From an uncultured Acidobacteriota bacterium (lineage in GTDB: Bacteria > Acidobacteriota > Thermoanaerobaculia > Multivoradales > UBA5704), in the NCBI GenBank assembly GCA_963770895.1, contig CAVYRF010000002.1, positions 1,408,001 to 1,472,000 on the forward strand: a DNA stretch of 64,000 bases, given 5' to 3'. Positions 27,820 through 37,476 of the stretch are shown here, piece by piece. Numbering within the stretch: the stretch's first letter is position 1; each line of letters starts with the position of its first letter. The notes under the pieces were generated by a model that saw only the letters and a program-made list of their open reading frames with translations, was not told the origin of the DNA and made no database searches. The translations under genes and the position numbers were made by a program.

Positions 27820-28270
27820 GACCGTCACGGTGAGAGCGAGCGCGGAACAGGCGTTTCGCGTCTTCACCAGCGAGGTCGATACCTGGTGGCCGCGCAGCCA
27901 CCACATCGGCAAGGTGCCGATGCAAAAAACCATCATCGAAGAGTGGGCCGGGGGGCGCTGCTACAGCGAGCAGACCGACGGCAGCGAATGCGACTGGGGC
28001 CAGGTCCTGGTCTGGGAGCCGCCGTCGTGTTTTGTGATGGCGTGGCAGATCAGCGCCGACTGGCAATATGAATCCGATCTGGCGCAATCCAGTGAAGTGG
28101 AGGTGCGCTTCACGCCCCTGGCGGACGGCTCGACGCGCGTCGACCTGGAACATCGCCACCTCGACCGCATGCGGCTGGGCGGCGAAGCGATGCGCGCCGC
28201 CGTCGATTCTCCCGAAGGTTGGAGCGGCCTGCTGGGCCTGTATGCCGAGCGCGTCGCGGCGGCGGCATGA
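27788..28270 (+). CDS. SRPBCC (Aha1/START-like) domain protein
   Basis: AFRVFT...WWP, WGQVLVWEPP, SEVEVRF...TRVDLEH, GWSGLL. Confidence 0.88.
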   Translation: MVDATMAAVHKTVTVRASAEQAFRVFTSEVDTWWPRSHHIGKVPMQKTIIEEWAGGRCYSEQTDGSECDWGQVLVWEPPSCFVMAWQISADWQYESDLAQSSEVEVRFTPLADGSTRVDLEHRHLDRMRLGGEAMRAAVDSPEGWSGLLGLYAERVAAAA

Positions 28271-28710
28271 GCGCCACCGCGCTGTACCGCATCGCCGCCG
28301 TGTTGCTGGTGCTCTTCGCGATCGGCCACACCTTCGGCTTTCTGCACTTCAAGCCGCCCACCCCGCGGGCCGCGGCGGTGCGTCAGGAGATGAGCGACGT
28401 GCGCTTCCCCGTGCGGGGAGGCAGCGCCAGCTTCGGCGACTTTTACGTCGGCTTCGGCCTCTCCATCACCGCCTATCTGCTCTTTGCGGCCTTCCTGACC
28501 TGGCACCTCGGCGGCCTGGCCCGGTCCATTCCCCGCGCCATCGGCGCCCTCGGCTGGGCGTTCTGCGCCCTGCAGGTCGCCAGCACGGCGGTGAGCTGGG
28601 TTTTGATCGCGCCGCCGCCGGCGGTCCTGTTCGCGGTGCTGGCGGTCTGCACCGGCTGGGCCGCCGGTCAGGTGCGGGTCGCCACCGCGAGAAGCGAGTC
28701 GCCAAGATAA
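28267..28710 (+). CDS. Small 4-TM membrane protein
   Basis: ATGA overlap with the SRPBCC gene; FAIGHTFG, FYVGFG; hydrophobic. Confidence 0.7.
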   Translation: MSATALYRIAAVLLVLFAIGHTFGFLHFKPPTPRAAAVRQEMSDVRFPVRGGSASFGDFYVGFGLSITAYLLFAAFLTWHLGGLARSIPRAIGALGWAFCALQVASTAVSWVLIAPPPAVLFAVLAVCTGWAAGQVRVATARSESPR

Positions 28711-29384
28711 GGCGTCGCAACCACCCGACCGATGCCCCGCAGCGGCTTGAGCAGAGGATTGCCCTCACCGACGTTGTAAAAGTTGGAGATGGTGGTAAGC
28801 GCCACCGGCTCAAGCCGCGCGTCGCGCAGCGACTGGCGCAGACGGGCGGCAGAAAACATATGCACGTGCGTGGGATCCAGGTGAAACGCCCAACGGCGCC
28901 CCAGCAGCGGACGCGCCAGGCTGCCGGCATTGAGCGTGATCACAAAGAGCTTGCCGCCCGGCGCGAGCGTGCGATAGCAGCTGGCCAACGTCGCCGGATA
29001 GTCCGGCAGATGCTCGATCACGTCCAAAAATGTGATCGCCGCAAAGTATCCGTCGGGGAAGGGAAACGGCGCCTCGGCGCTGGCAGTGACGATCGGCGCC
29101 GACGTCCGCCCGCGTGCCGCCGCCACCGCATGCGGCGACAGCTCGATGCCATGCGGCTGGTATCCCGCCTTTTCCAAGGCCTCCAAAAAGAACCCAAAGC
29201 CCGACCCGATATCGAGTACCCGCCCCCCCTCCACCCCATGCGCCCGCAGCAACCCGATCAGATACGCCAGGTACTTCCGCTTCCCCGGATGCAGCTGAAA
29301 ATACTCGCGCTCAAAGTACCCCGGCCCCTCCGCCACCGAATCTGGCGGCGACGCCGCGCCCGCGTGCCTGTCCATCTCGTTCAC
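28668..29384 (-). CDS. Class I SAM-dependent methyltransferase
   Basis: RVLDIGSGFG, GIELS, FLDVIEHL, LAPGGKLFVITLN. Confidence 0.88.
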   Translation of the reverse strand: MNEMDRHAGAASPPDSVAEGPGYFEREYFQLHPGKRKYLAYLIGLLRAHGVEGGRVLDIGSGFGFFLEALEKAGYQPHGIELSPHAVAAARGRTSAPIVTASAEAPFPFPDGYFAAITFLDVIEHLPDYPATLASCYRTLAPGGKLFVITLNAGSLARPLLGRRWAFHLDPTHVHMFSAARLRQSLRDARLEPVALTTISNFYNVGEGNPLLKPLRGIGRVVATPYLGDSLLAVATRT

Positions 29385-29464
29385 CCGCGGATGCTAGCAC
29401 GCCCATCCAAAAGCCTTGGGTCGTCACGGACACCCATCCGGCCTGCCTGCGCGGATGGAGGGGC

Positions 29465-31480
29465 TCAGGGCGGGGGGACGGCGGCGAGGCGGGCGCGCAG
29501 ACGTTGGACGGCGGGGTTTTGCGGGTCCAGCTGCAGGGCGCGTCGATTGAGCTGTCTGGCCTGGTCCAGATGGCCTTGCTGGAGGTTGAGGAGGGCGCTG
29601 TTTTGCAGGGCCTGGACGTTTTGCGGGTTGAGGGCCAGGGCCTGGGCCAGGTGGGGAGCGGCCGCGGCGGGATCGGCCAGGGCCAGGTAGACGCCGCCCA
29701 GGTTGGTTTGCGCGTCGTCGGAGGCAGGCTCCAGGAAAGCGGCGCGGCGATAGCAGTCCAGGGCGCGCGCCCAATCGCGGCGGCGGGCGGACAGGTTGCC
29801 CAGGTCGAGCCAGGACAGAAAGTCGCCCGGCGCCACGGCAAGGACCGCTTCGTAGTTGCGGCGCGCCAGGTCGGCATCGCCGCGCGCCTCTGCCAGGCGG
29901 GCCAGGTTGAAGTACACCAGGTCGGCGCGCGGGGCGAATCCGACGACGCGCGGCAACGCCACCGCGAGCGCGAGCGCCAGGCCCCAGGCCAGCACCAACC
30001 GGCGGGCGCGGCTTCCCGGCAGCCGTTCGGCAGGCTGGCGCCGCAGGGCGGCCGCAGCCTGGACCAGCTCCGCAACCGGCACCGCGGCAAGCAGCATAAG
30101 GGCCGGCACGCCGGGCAGCCGATAGCGCGCGAACAGAAAAAAGGCCACCGTCGACAGCATCCACGCGAAGGTCCACACCAAGGGCGGCGCAAACCTGCGC
30201 AGCAAGCCGCGGCGGACAACCAGGTAGAGGCCCAGGGCGGCGAGCAGCGTGACGCCGCCAAATTCGAGCAGCGGCAGGCGGAAGACAGGCGACAAGCCGC
30301 GGACGTAGTAGTAGTCGACGGCGTCGGGCCACTCGTACCAGCTCCAGTACAGCTTGAGCTTGCGCAGCTGCAGCCCGACGAAGGCCGGGACGTCCGCGCG
30401 CGCCCAGGCAAGGCCGCGGCCGAGCCAATAGTTGGATACCTGCGCGGGGGTGAGCGGCCGGCCAAGGCGCTGCTCGGCAAGGCGGGCGGGTTCGCGGCGC
30501 TCCAGCTCGGGCACCTGCTTGCCGGGCACGATCGGGCGGTACGTGCCATCGGCGTGCGGGTTGTTGCCGATGTAGAAATTGACCCCACCCTGGAAGGTCG
30601 TCGGCAGGTAGTCACCACCCAACAGGCCGTTGCGCAGCGCGACCGGCGCCAGGATCAGCACAACCCCGCCCACCAGGGCGATGCACCGCAGCACCGCTGC
30701 ACGAAAGAAACCCGACCGACTGCCTCCGCGCCACGCCGCATCCGCTCCGGCGCTATATCCAGCCGCCTCCTCTCCGGCGGGCGCACCGCGCCTTGCCGCG
30801 AAGGCCAGGGGCAGCACGAAGGGCACGACCAGCAGGGCGTTTTCGCGCAGGAGGGCCAGGATGCCCAGGAGCGTACCGACGACAAACCACGGGCCGGCGC
30901 CGGGTTGCGGCCGGCTCCAGGCGGCTGCCACGGTCCAGAGCAGGAAGCAGACGACGGTGGCGGCGAGCGATTCCTTGAGGAGCTGGACGTCGTAGAAGAC
31001 GAACGGGCCGTAGACGGCGGCCAGCGCCGCCGCGGCCAGCCCCACGCGCTCGCCGGCGGTGGCGCGGCCGGCGCGGTAGAGGGCGTAGCAGCCCGCCACT
31101 CCGCAGAGGATCTGCGCCAGGTAGACCGCATCCAGGCGCGGGCCCACCAGCTTGTAGAGCACGGCCAGCAGGTAGGGGTAGAGCGGCGCCTGAAAAAAGA
31201 CGCCGTGGCCCAGCCAGTCGCCGGCGGCGATCTGGCGCGCCCAGCGGTCGTATTCGTCGCTATCCATCACCAGCTGGGCGACGAAAGGCGCGCCGCCCAC
31301 CGCCGCCCAATGCAGCAGCCGCACGGCCAGCGCCACCCCAAGGATCGCGATCAGCGCCGCCGGCGCGCGCGCACCGCGGCCGCCCCCAGCACCGCCATCG
31401 CCGCCAGCGCCGTACCTTGGCGGCCCGGCCGCCGGTTGCGCGGCAGCCTGGCCGGGTGCGGCTGGGGGGCTGGCGGACAC
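29465..31480 (-). CDS. GT39/PMT-like GT-C membrane glycosyltransferase with C-terminal TPRs
   Basis: MDSDEYD, FFQAPLYPY, LRENALL, GGVNFYIGNNP, ARYRLP; TPRs at the C-terminus (YFNLARL, WLDLGNL, AQTNLGGVY). Confidence 0.82.
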   Translation of the reverse strand: MSASPPAAPGQAAAQPAAGPPRYGAGGDGGAGGGRGARAPAALIAILGVALAVRLLHWAAVGGAPFVAQLVMDSDEYDRWARQIAAGDWLGHGVFFQAPLYPYLLAVLYKLVGPRLDAVYLAQILCGVAGCYALYRAGRATAGERVGLAAAALAAVYGPFVFYDVQLLKESLAATVVCFLLWTVAAAWSRPQPGAGPWFVVGTLLGILALLRENALLVVPFVLPLAFAARRGAPAGEEAAGYSAGADAAWRGGSRSGFFRAAVLRCIALVGGVVLILAPVALRNGLLGGDYLPTTFQGGVNFYIGNNPHADGTYRPIVPGKQVPELERREPARLAEQRLGRPLTPAQVSNYWLGRGLAWARADVPAFVGLQLRKLKLYWSWYEWPDAVDYYYVRGLSPVFRLPLLEFGGVTLLAALGLYLVVRRGLLRRFAPPLVWTFAWMLSTVAFFLFARYRLPGVPALMLLAAVPVAELVQAAAALRRQPAERLPGSRARRLVLAWGLALALAVALPRVVGFAPRADLVYFNLARLAEARGDADLARRNYEAVLAVAPGDFLSWLDLGNLSARRRDWARALDCYRRAAFLEPASDDAQTNLGGVYLALADPAAAAPHLAQALALNPQNVQALQNSALLNLQQGHLDQARQLNRRALQLDPQNPAVQRLRARLAAVPPP

Positions 31481-31483
31481 TAG

Positions 31484-32635
31484 TTATGCCTGGGCGAAGA
31501 ATCCCCGCACGGCGGCGCAGACCGCGTCGACCTCTTCGTCGGCCAGCTCGGGGTACATGGGCAGGCAGAGGACCTGCGCCCCGGCGGCGGTGGCGACGGG
31601 CAGGTCGCCCGCGTTGCCCACGTCGCGCGCGCTGCCCGCGGCCCGCGTGCGGCTGGCGAGAGCGGGCTGGAGGTGGAGCGGCGAGGGGTAGTGAATGGAG
31701 CTGCCGATCCCCTGCTCGGCCAGGTGGCGCATCAGGTCGTCGCGGCGGGCGGTGCGGATGGTCAGCTGGTGGTAGACGGAGATGTTGCCCGGCGCGTCAG
31801 GCGGCAGCGCCAGGTCGCCGATCCCGGCCAGGGCGGCGTGGTAGCGCGCGGCGAGCTCGCGCCGGCGGGCGTTGTCGGCTTCGAGGAGTGCCAGACGGCA
31901 GTTGAGGACGGCGGCCTGCAGACTGTCCAGGCGGCTGTTGACGCCGATGGCGACGTGGGTGTAGCGCGCGGTCTGGCCGTGGTTGGCCAGCAGCTTGACC
32001 TTTTCGGTGAGCTGCCGGTCGTTGCCGGTGACGGCGCCGCCGTCGCCGTAGCAGCCCAGGTTCTTGGTGGGATAGAAGCTCCATGCCGCCAGGCTGCCGA
32101 AGCCGCCGACGCGCCGGCCGCCGTACAGGGCGCCGTGGGCCTGGGCGGCGTCTTCCACCAGCCACAGGCCGTGGCGGTCGCAGACGTGCTGCACGGCGTC
32201 GACGTCGAAGGGCCGCCCGTACAGGTGGACGCCCAGGATGCCGACGGTGCGGTCGGTGATGCGCGCCGCCGCGTCGGCCGCATCGAGGTTGAAGGTCGCC
32301 GGGTCGATGTCCGCGAAGACCGGCTCGCCGCCGGCGATCAGCACGGCTTCCGCGGTGGCGAAGAAGCTGAAGGCCGGCACGATCACCTGGTCGCCGGGCG
32401 CCAGGTCCAGCGCGCGCAGCGCCAGGATGAGGGCGTCGGTGCCGTTGCCGACGCCGATGCAGCCTTCGACGCCCAGGAAGGCGCCGAAGCGGCGCTCGAA
32501 TTCGCGCACCTCGGGCCCCAGGACGTAGGCGTTGTCATCAAGGATGTGCTGCCAGCGCTCGGCGAGCTGCACGGCGATGCGGCGCCGGGCGCGGCTGAGA
32601 TCGAGATAGGGGACCTGCAACGTCGTCGTGTTCAT
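31484..32635 (-). CDS. DegT/DnrJ/EryC1/StrS PLP-dependent sugar aminotransferase
   Basis: NGTDALILAL, VHLYG, VEDAAQAHG, SFYPTKNLG, NSRLDSLQAA. Confidence 0.93.
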   Translation of the reverse strand: MNTTTLQVPYLDLSRARRRIAVQLAERWQHILDDNAYVLGPEVREFERRFGAFLGVEGCIGVGNGTDALILALRALDLAPGDQVIVPAFSFFATAEAVLIAGGEPVFADIDPATFNLDAADAAARITDRTVGILGVHLYGRPFDVDAVQHVCDRHGLWLVEDAAQAHGALYGGRRVGGFGSLAAWSFYPTKNLGCYGDGGAVTGNDRQLTEKVKLLANHGQTARYTHVAIGVNSRLDSLQAAVLNCRLALLEADNARRRELAARYHAALAGIGDLALPPDAPGNISVYHQLTIRTARRDDLMRHLAEQGIGSSIHYPSPLHLQPALASRTRAAGSARDVGNAGDLPVATAAGAQVLCLPMYPELADEEVDAVCAAVRGFFAQA

Positions 32636-34407
32636 CGAACCTCCGGGTCGCCGGGCAAGCGGCGGAGAGGGTAGCGCGTCCAGGGAGTGCTGAAGATGGT
32701 CAGGTCGTCGCTGCCCATGGTGATGTTGCCGTCGATATGCAGGCTGGCCAGCGGGCGCAGCCCCAGCTGGGCCTGCAGGTGCGGCATCCAGGCAGGGAAG
32801 ATGGCGATGTAGTCGGGGCGGCGGCTGGCGACGGCAGCGGCCATCGCGTGGTCCCACGGCACGCCGGCCGCCACCTGCGCCGCCACCTCACGCCGCAGCT
32901 CGGGATTGGCGATGCCGGCCAGGTCGACGACGCGGTTGGGGAGCAGATATTTGAAGGCGCCGATGTCGTTGACCGCCAGCAGCGCCGCCGCCGGCAGGCG
33001 CGGTGCGAGCCAGCGCGCGGCGCGCACGTCGCTCGCTTCGACGTTGATCAGGTTGCGGGCGTAAAACAGCGCGCGGTCGCGCAGGTCGACCACCGTGGGC
33101 CACAGCAGCAGCACCGCCACCAGCAGGCCGCCAAGCCGCCGCAGCCCCCCTCCGGCTCCGCCGGCTCCCGCGGCTCCCTCGGTGCTCCCCCGGCCGCCGG
33201 CATCCGCACCCAGCAGGGCCGCGGCGGCGCCGGCCAGCGCCACCGCTCCCAGCAATACCACCACCGGCAGCAGCGGGAAGTAGTAGCGGCCGAAGTTGCC
33301 GGCCAGCATCTTGGGGCCTTCGGGGCTGAGCGTCGAGTAGGCCAGCGGCAGCCCCACCAGCCACAGCGCCGGCAGCAGCCCGCGGTCGCGCCGCGACCCC
33401 AGGCGCGCCACCATCGCCACCGCGCCGCCGCAACAGAGCAGCGTCATGTAGGGCTGCGAGCGCGCCAGGATCTCCACCACGCTGTAGATGTATTGCAGGT
33501 TGGGCAGCCAGCGCCGCAGCGCGCCGCCCTTGGCGGCGTAGGTGGTGGGCAGGAACGACCCTCCGGCCAGCCGGTAGAACAGCAGCGGCCCGGCAAGGGC
33601 GCAGACCGCCAGCAGCGCCGCCATCGCCAGCCGCCCCAGCCGCGGCCGATGCCAGCGCAAGCGGCCGTCCGCGCCGCCGTCGCGGCTGAACCACAGACAC
33701 CGGTCGACGAAGGCCAGGGCCAGCAACAGGAAGCCTTCCGGGCGCGCCAGCGCCGCCACCGCCAGCACGGCGGGCGCCAGCGGCGGCGCGGCCAAGGCGC
33801 GCGGCGACATGTCCGCCGCCGCCCCTGGCGCCGCCAACTCCCCCGGCCCCCGCGGGGCCACCTCGGCCGCGCGCTCGCGCAGGTGGAGGATCATCCCCCA
33901 CAGCGACAGCCAGATGAACAGCGGCACCTCCATGCCGGACAGCGCCGACCAGGCGAGCCAGCCGGTGGCAAGCGTCAGACCGCCGGCCAGCGCCGCCAGG
34001 CCGCGCGACAGGCCGAGCTCTCGCGCCAGCCGCCAGGCGGCGTCGATGCCGGCCAGGTAGAGCGCCACTCCCAGCAGCTGCGCCCAGGCCAGCGGGCTGC
34101 CGGGCAGATAGGCCAGCAGGGCCAGCAGAGCGGTCCACAGCGGCGCGGTCGAACCGGTCACCAGGTCGCCGGGGTTGTAGGACAGACCGCGGCCGGCGGC
34201 CAGGTTGCGCGCGAACTGGAGGTGGATCCAGCTGTCGTCCAGCGGCCACCCCAAGCCGCCCGCGAGCGCACGCTGCTCGAACGCCCAATACGCCGCGCAG
34301 ACCACGGCACCGCAGGCGAGGAGCGCCAGGCGGGCGAGGTCGGAGCGCGGGGACCGCGCGGAGCGCGCAGCCTCCGCGGTGCGCGGCACGGTGGGGGTGT
34401 CCGTCAT
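32632..34407 (-). CDS. Multi-TM GT-C-fold glycosyltransferase-like protein
   Basis: PLDDSWIHLQFARNL...YNPG...GSTAPLW, SGMEVPL, ARPEG, PTTYAAK, GRYYFP, DIGA...VDLAGI. Confidence 0.75.
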   Translation of the reverse strand: MTDTPTVPRTAEAARSARSPRSDLARLALLACGAVVCAAYWAFEQRALAGGLGWPLDDSWIHLQFARNLAAGRGLSYNPGDLVTGSTAPLWTALLALLAYLPGSPLAWAQLLGVALYLAGIDAAWRLARELGLSRGLAALAGGLTLATGWLAWSALSGMEVPLFIWLSLWGMILHLRERAAEVAPRGPGELAAPGAAADMSPRALAAPPLAPAVLAVAALARPEGFLLLALAFVDRCLWFSRDGGADGRLRWHRPRLGRLAMAALLAVCALAGPLLFYRLAGGSFLPTTYAAKGGALRRWLPNLQYIYSVVEILARSQPYMTLLCCGGAVAMVARLGSRRDRGLLPALWLVGLPLAYSTLSPEGPKMLAGNFGRYYFPLLPVVVLLGAVALAGAAAALLGADAGGRGSTEGAAGAGGAGGGLRRLGGLLVAVLLLWPTVVDLRDRALFYARNLINVEASDVRAARWLAPRLPAAALLAVNDIGAFKYLLPNRVVDLAGIANPELRREVAAQVAAGVPWDHAMAAAVASRRPDYIAIFPAWMPHLQAQLGLRPLASLHIDGNITMGSDDLTIFSTPWTRYPLRRLPGDPEVR

Positions 34408-34461
34408 CAGGGGGAGAAGCATACCGAAGTCGCCGCGCCGCGGAGTAAGATGCCACCCCAT

Positions 34462-35883
34462 ATGTCCCGCGGAGCGATCCATCGCCGCCTGCAAACCGCC
34501 TCGCGGGTGGCGATCTACCTGAGCATGGCGCTGGTGCTCCTGGCCGCCTGGGGCCTGGTGGCCACCCTCGACCGCCCGCTGGCGACCGAGGAAGGCGAAC
34601 AGTGGTTCTTTGTCGATTACCTGCACAACCCCGACGTCCTGATGCTGCAGCGCTACGTGCAGATCGACACCAGCTTGAAGACCGGCAACGAGGCGGCGGG
34701 CGCGCGCTTTCTGGCCGACCAGCTGGCCGCCGCCGGCATTCCATCGCAGATCGAAGTGATCGACGGCACCCACGCCAACCTGTACGCCCGCCTGGAAGGC
34801 AGCGACCCGCACCCGCTGGTGCTGCACAACCACATCGACGTGGCGGACGTCGACGTCAGCCAGTGGATCTGGCCGCCCTTCTCCGGCCACATCGAGCTGC
34901 CGCGCATCTGGGGCCGCGGCGTGTTCGACATGAAGAGCGTCGCCATCGCGCAGCTGCTGGCGATGATCGATCTCAAGAAAAGCGGCCGGCCGCTGCGCCG
35001 GTCGGTGCTGTTTCTGGGCACCGGCGGCGAAGAGGAAGACGACAGCCACATCGGCGCCCGCTGGGTGATCCGCGAGCATCCCGACCTGGTGCGCAGCTTC
35101 TGGGCGCTGCTCACCGAAGGCGGCACGGTGGAAGCCCGCTCGCGCTCGGACGTCAAGTACTGGGGCACCGAGATCGGGCAAAAGCATTTTGCCAAGGCGC
35201 GGGTGTGCAGCGCCAGCCGCGAGCGCCTGGAGGTGCTGCGCCAGGCGCTGCGGGAGCGCGGCTACACCGAAACCGACCTGCACCTGCTGCCGCAGGTGTC
35301 GGACGTCCTGCGTCGCTACGGCCCCAGCCGCGACGACCTGAACATGCGCAACGCCCTGGCGCACCCCGAGCAGCTGGTGACCGACCTGGGCCAGTTCCAC
35401 GCCGTCCCGAGCTACGTCCAGGCGATGCTGCGCAACGAAGTCGTGCCGTTCGACGTCGAGCCCGCTCCCGGCGGCGGCTACCAGCTGCTCATCCTGCTGC
35501 ACATGTTGCCCGGCACGCGGCTCGCCGACGTGCGCGAAACGCTGCTCCCCTCCTGGATGCTGCAAGGGCTCGACGTGACGGTCGAAGAAGACCCCGGCAG
35601 CCCGCTGCCCAGCCCGGTCGATCATCCGGCGTTCCAGGAGATCCAGGCCACCTTGCGCACCGCCTATCCGAACTTCACCACCGGCCCGTTCTTCCTGGTT
35701 GCCACCGCCACCGACGCGCGTTTCTTCCGCGCCGCCGGCGTCCCTTCCTACGGCTTCTCGCCCTTCCTGATCATGAGCTCCGACACCCTGCAGGTGGACC
35801 GCCAGAACGAGCGGCTCAGCCTGGAGGGCTTCGTCGGCGGCATCGAGATCTACCGCAAGCTCGTGCGCCGCCTGGTCCTGTGA
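34462..35883 (+). CDS. M20-family metallopeptidase-like protein (N-terminal membrane anchor), paralog 1
   Basis: LHNHIDV, WGRGVFDMKS, GGEEE, TEGG, ATDARFFR; the C-terminal metal-binding His appears to be absent. Confidence 0.82.
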   Translation: MSRGAIHRRLQTASRVAIYLSMALVLLAAWGLVATLDRPLATEEGEQWFFVDYLHNPDVLMLQRYVQIDTSLKTGNEAAGARFLADQLAAAGIPSQIEVIDGTHANLYARLEGSDPHPLVLHNHIDVADVDVSQWIWPPFSGHIELPRIWGRGVFDMKSVAIAQLLAMIDLKKSGRPLRRSVLFLGTGGEEEDDSHIGARWVIREHPDLVRSFWALLTEGGTVEARSRSDVKYWGTEIGQKHFAKARVCSASRERLEVLRQALRERGYTETDLHLLPQVSDVLRRYGPSRDDLNMRNALAHPEQLVTDLGQFHAVPSYVQAMLRNEVVPFDVEPAPGGGYQLLILLHMLPGTRLADVRETLLPSWMLQGLDVTVEEDPGSPLPSPVDHPAFQEIQATLRTAYPNFTTGPFFLVATATDARFFRAAGVPSYGFSPFLIMSSDTLQVDRQNERLSLEGFVGGIEIYRKLVRRLVL

Positions 35884-37286
35884 GCCGCCCGGCACCAGCG
35901 CAGGCCCGGCGGCTCGCCGCCGCCGCCCTGCTCGCGGGCATAGCCGGCATCGCCGCCAGCCCGGCGCGTGCCGCCGGCACCGCGCCGCACCTGTCCGAGG
36001 CGGCCGCCTGGCTGAGCGGCTACGTCCAGATCGACACCACCAATCCGCCCGGCAACGAACGCCGCGCCGCCGACTACCTGGCGGGCATCCTGGCGCGCGA
36101 AGGCATCGCCAGCCGCCAGTGGACCACCCCTTCCGGACGCGTCAACCTGTCGGCGCGGCTGTCGTCGCCCGGCAGCAGCGGCCGCGCCCTGCTCCTGCTG
36201 CACCACATGGACGTGGTGGGCGCCGGCGCCGGCTGGACGGTGCCGCCCTTTGCCGCGCTGCTGCGCGACGGCAGCATGTGGGGGCGCGGCACGCTCGACG
36301 ACAAGGGCCTGGGCGTCTGCGGCCTGGCCGCCCTGATCGACCTCAAGCGGCGCCGCGTGGCGCTCGCTCGCGACGTCCTGTTCGTCGCCGTGGCGGACGA
36401 GGAAAACGGCGGCGGCCAGGGGACCGCCTGGCTGCTCGCCAATCACCCCGAGCTGTTTGCCGGCGTCGAAGGCGTGATCGGCGAGGGCGGCCGCAACCAG
36501 GTCACCGACCGCCTGCTGTGGTGGGGCATCGAAGTGGCGCAGAAACGGCCGCTGTGGCTGAAAGTGAACGCCCACGGCCGCGGCGGCCACGGCTCGGCGC
36601 TCAACGTCGAAAGCGCCAATCACCAGCTGATCGAAGGTCTGGCGCGGCTGCTGGCGCTGCCGCTGCACTGGCGGGTGACGCCGCCGGTGCGCGACTACCT
36701 GGCCGCCCTGGCGCCGCTGCACAACGCGCATTGGCGCCAGATCTTCGCTCACATCGACCAGGTGATCGCCGACCAGGGACCGCGCCAACCGATCATTCCC
36801 GGCATGGCCAGCCTCTTTCTGGACACCGTCCAGGTGACGGTGCTGGCGGGCGGCGAGCGCATCAACTCGATCCCCGCCGACGCCCTGGCCCAGATCGACA
36901 TCCGCCTGCTGCCCGACACCGACGGCGCCGCGTTCCTGGCGGCCGTGCGCCAGGCGCTGGGGCCGCAGCTGGGCGTCGAGGTGATGGTGACCGCGCCGCC
37001 GGCGCCCGCTTCGCCAGCCTCCGGCCCGCTCTACGAAACGTTGCGGCAGATCCTGGGCAGCCAGGCGCCGGTGGTGCCGATGCTGGACGCCGGCACGACC
37101 GATTCGCGGTTTTTTCGCCAGCGCCAGATTCCTGCCTACGGCGTGGCGCCGTTCGTGCTCGGCGCCCAGGATTCGGGCGGCATCCACGGCGCCGACGAGC
37201 ACCTGCCCCTGGCCGAGCTGGATCACGGCGTCGAGCGGATGCGCCGCATCGTTTTCGCCTATGCCGCGGCCGGCGGCCGCCATTGA
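35880..37286 (+). CDS. M20-family metallopeptidase (secreted), paralog 2
   Basis: IDTTNPPGNE, LHHMDVV, WGRGTLDDKG, DEENGG, GRGGHGS, TDSRFFR, IHGADEH. Confidence 0.88.
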   Translation: MSRPAPAQARRLAAAALLAGIAGIAASPARAAGTAPHLSEAAAWLSGYVQIDTTNPPGNERRAADYLAGILAREGIASRQWTTPSGRVNLSARLSSPGSSGRALLLLHHMDVVGAGAGWTVPPFAALLRDGSMWGRGTLDDKGLGVCGLAALIDLKRRRVALARDVLFVAVADEENGGGQGTAWLLANHPELFAGVEGVIGEGGRNQVTDRLLWWGIEVAQKRPLWLKVNAHGRGGHGSALNVESANHQLIEGLARLLALPLHWRVTPPVRDYLAALAPLHNAHWRQIFAHIDQVIADQGPRQPIIPGMASLFLDTVQVTVLAGGERINSIPADALAQIDIRLLPDTDGAAFLAAVRQALGPQLGVEVMVTAPPAPASPASGPLYETLRQILGSQAPVVPMLDAGTTDSRFFRQRQIPAYGVAPFVLGAQDSGGIHGADEHLPLAELDHGVERMRRIVFAYAAAGGRH

Positions 37287-37320
37287 GCGCGGCCGGCCGG
37301 CGCCAGCGTTGCACCATCCA

Positions 37321-37366
37321 CTGACAAAGGTTGGCAAAAATGGTGGACTTTTTTTGACAGTCAAAA
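37321..37366 (+). promoter_or_regulatory. Putative upstream activator sites for the pilin sigma54 promoter
   Basis: AT-rich island with repeated TG(A/G)CA and the palindrome TTTTGAC-A-GTCAAAA (37352-37366), about 55-100 bp upstream of the -24 box. Confidence 0.5.
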
Positions 37367-37420
37367 CGCGGCGCGCGGCGCGGAACCGTATACAGCAAGC
37401 AGTTGCGCCGCAGGCGGCTT

Positions 37421-37435
37421 TGGCACATGTCTTGC
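37421..37435 (+). promoter_or_regulatory. sigma54 (-24/-12) promoter of the pilin gene
   Basis: TGGCAC-ATGTC-TTGC, an exact match to the consensus TGGCAC-N5-TTGC. Confidence 0.85.
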
Positions 37436-37476
37436 CCCTGTCCAGGGAGCCGTGCCCTTTGGGGGGGGTTAATGTT

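Noticed and set aside
14262-28710. Prophage or integrative element
   Set aside because: I found no integrase, transposase, phage structural gene, tRNA target or att-like repeat; it reads as a patchwork accessory region.
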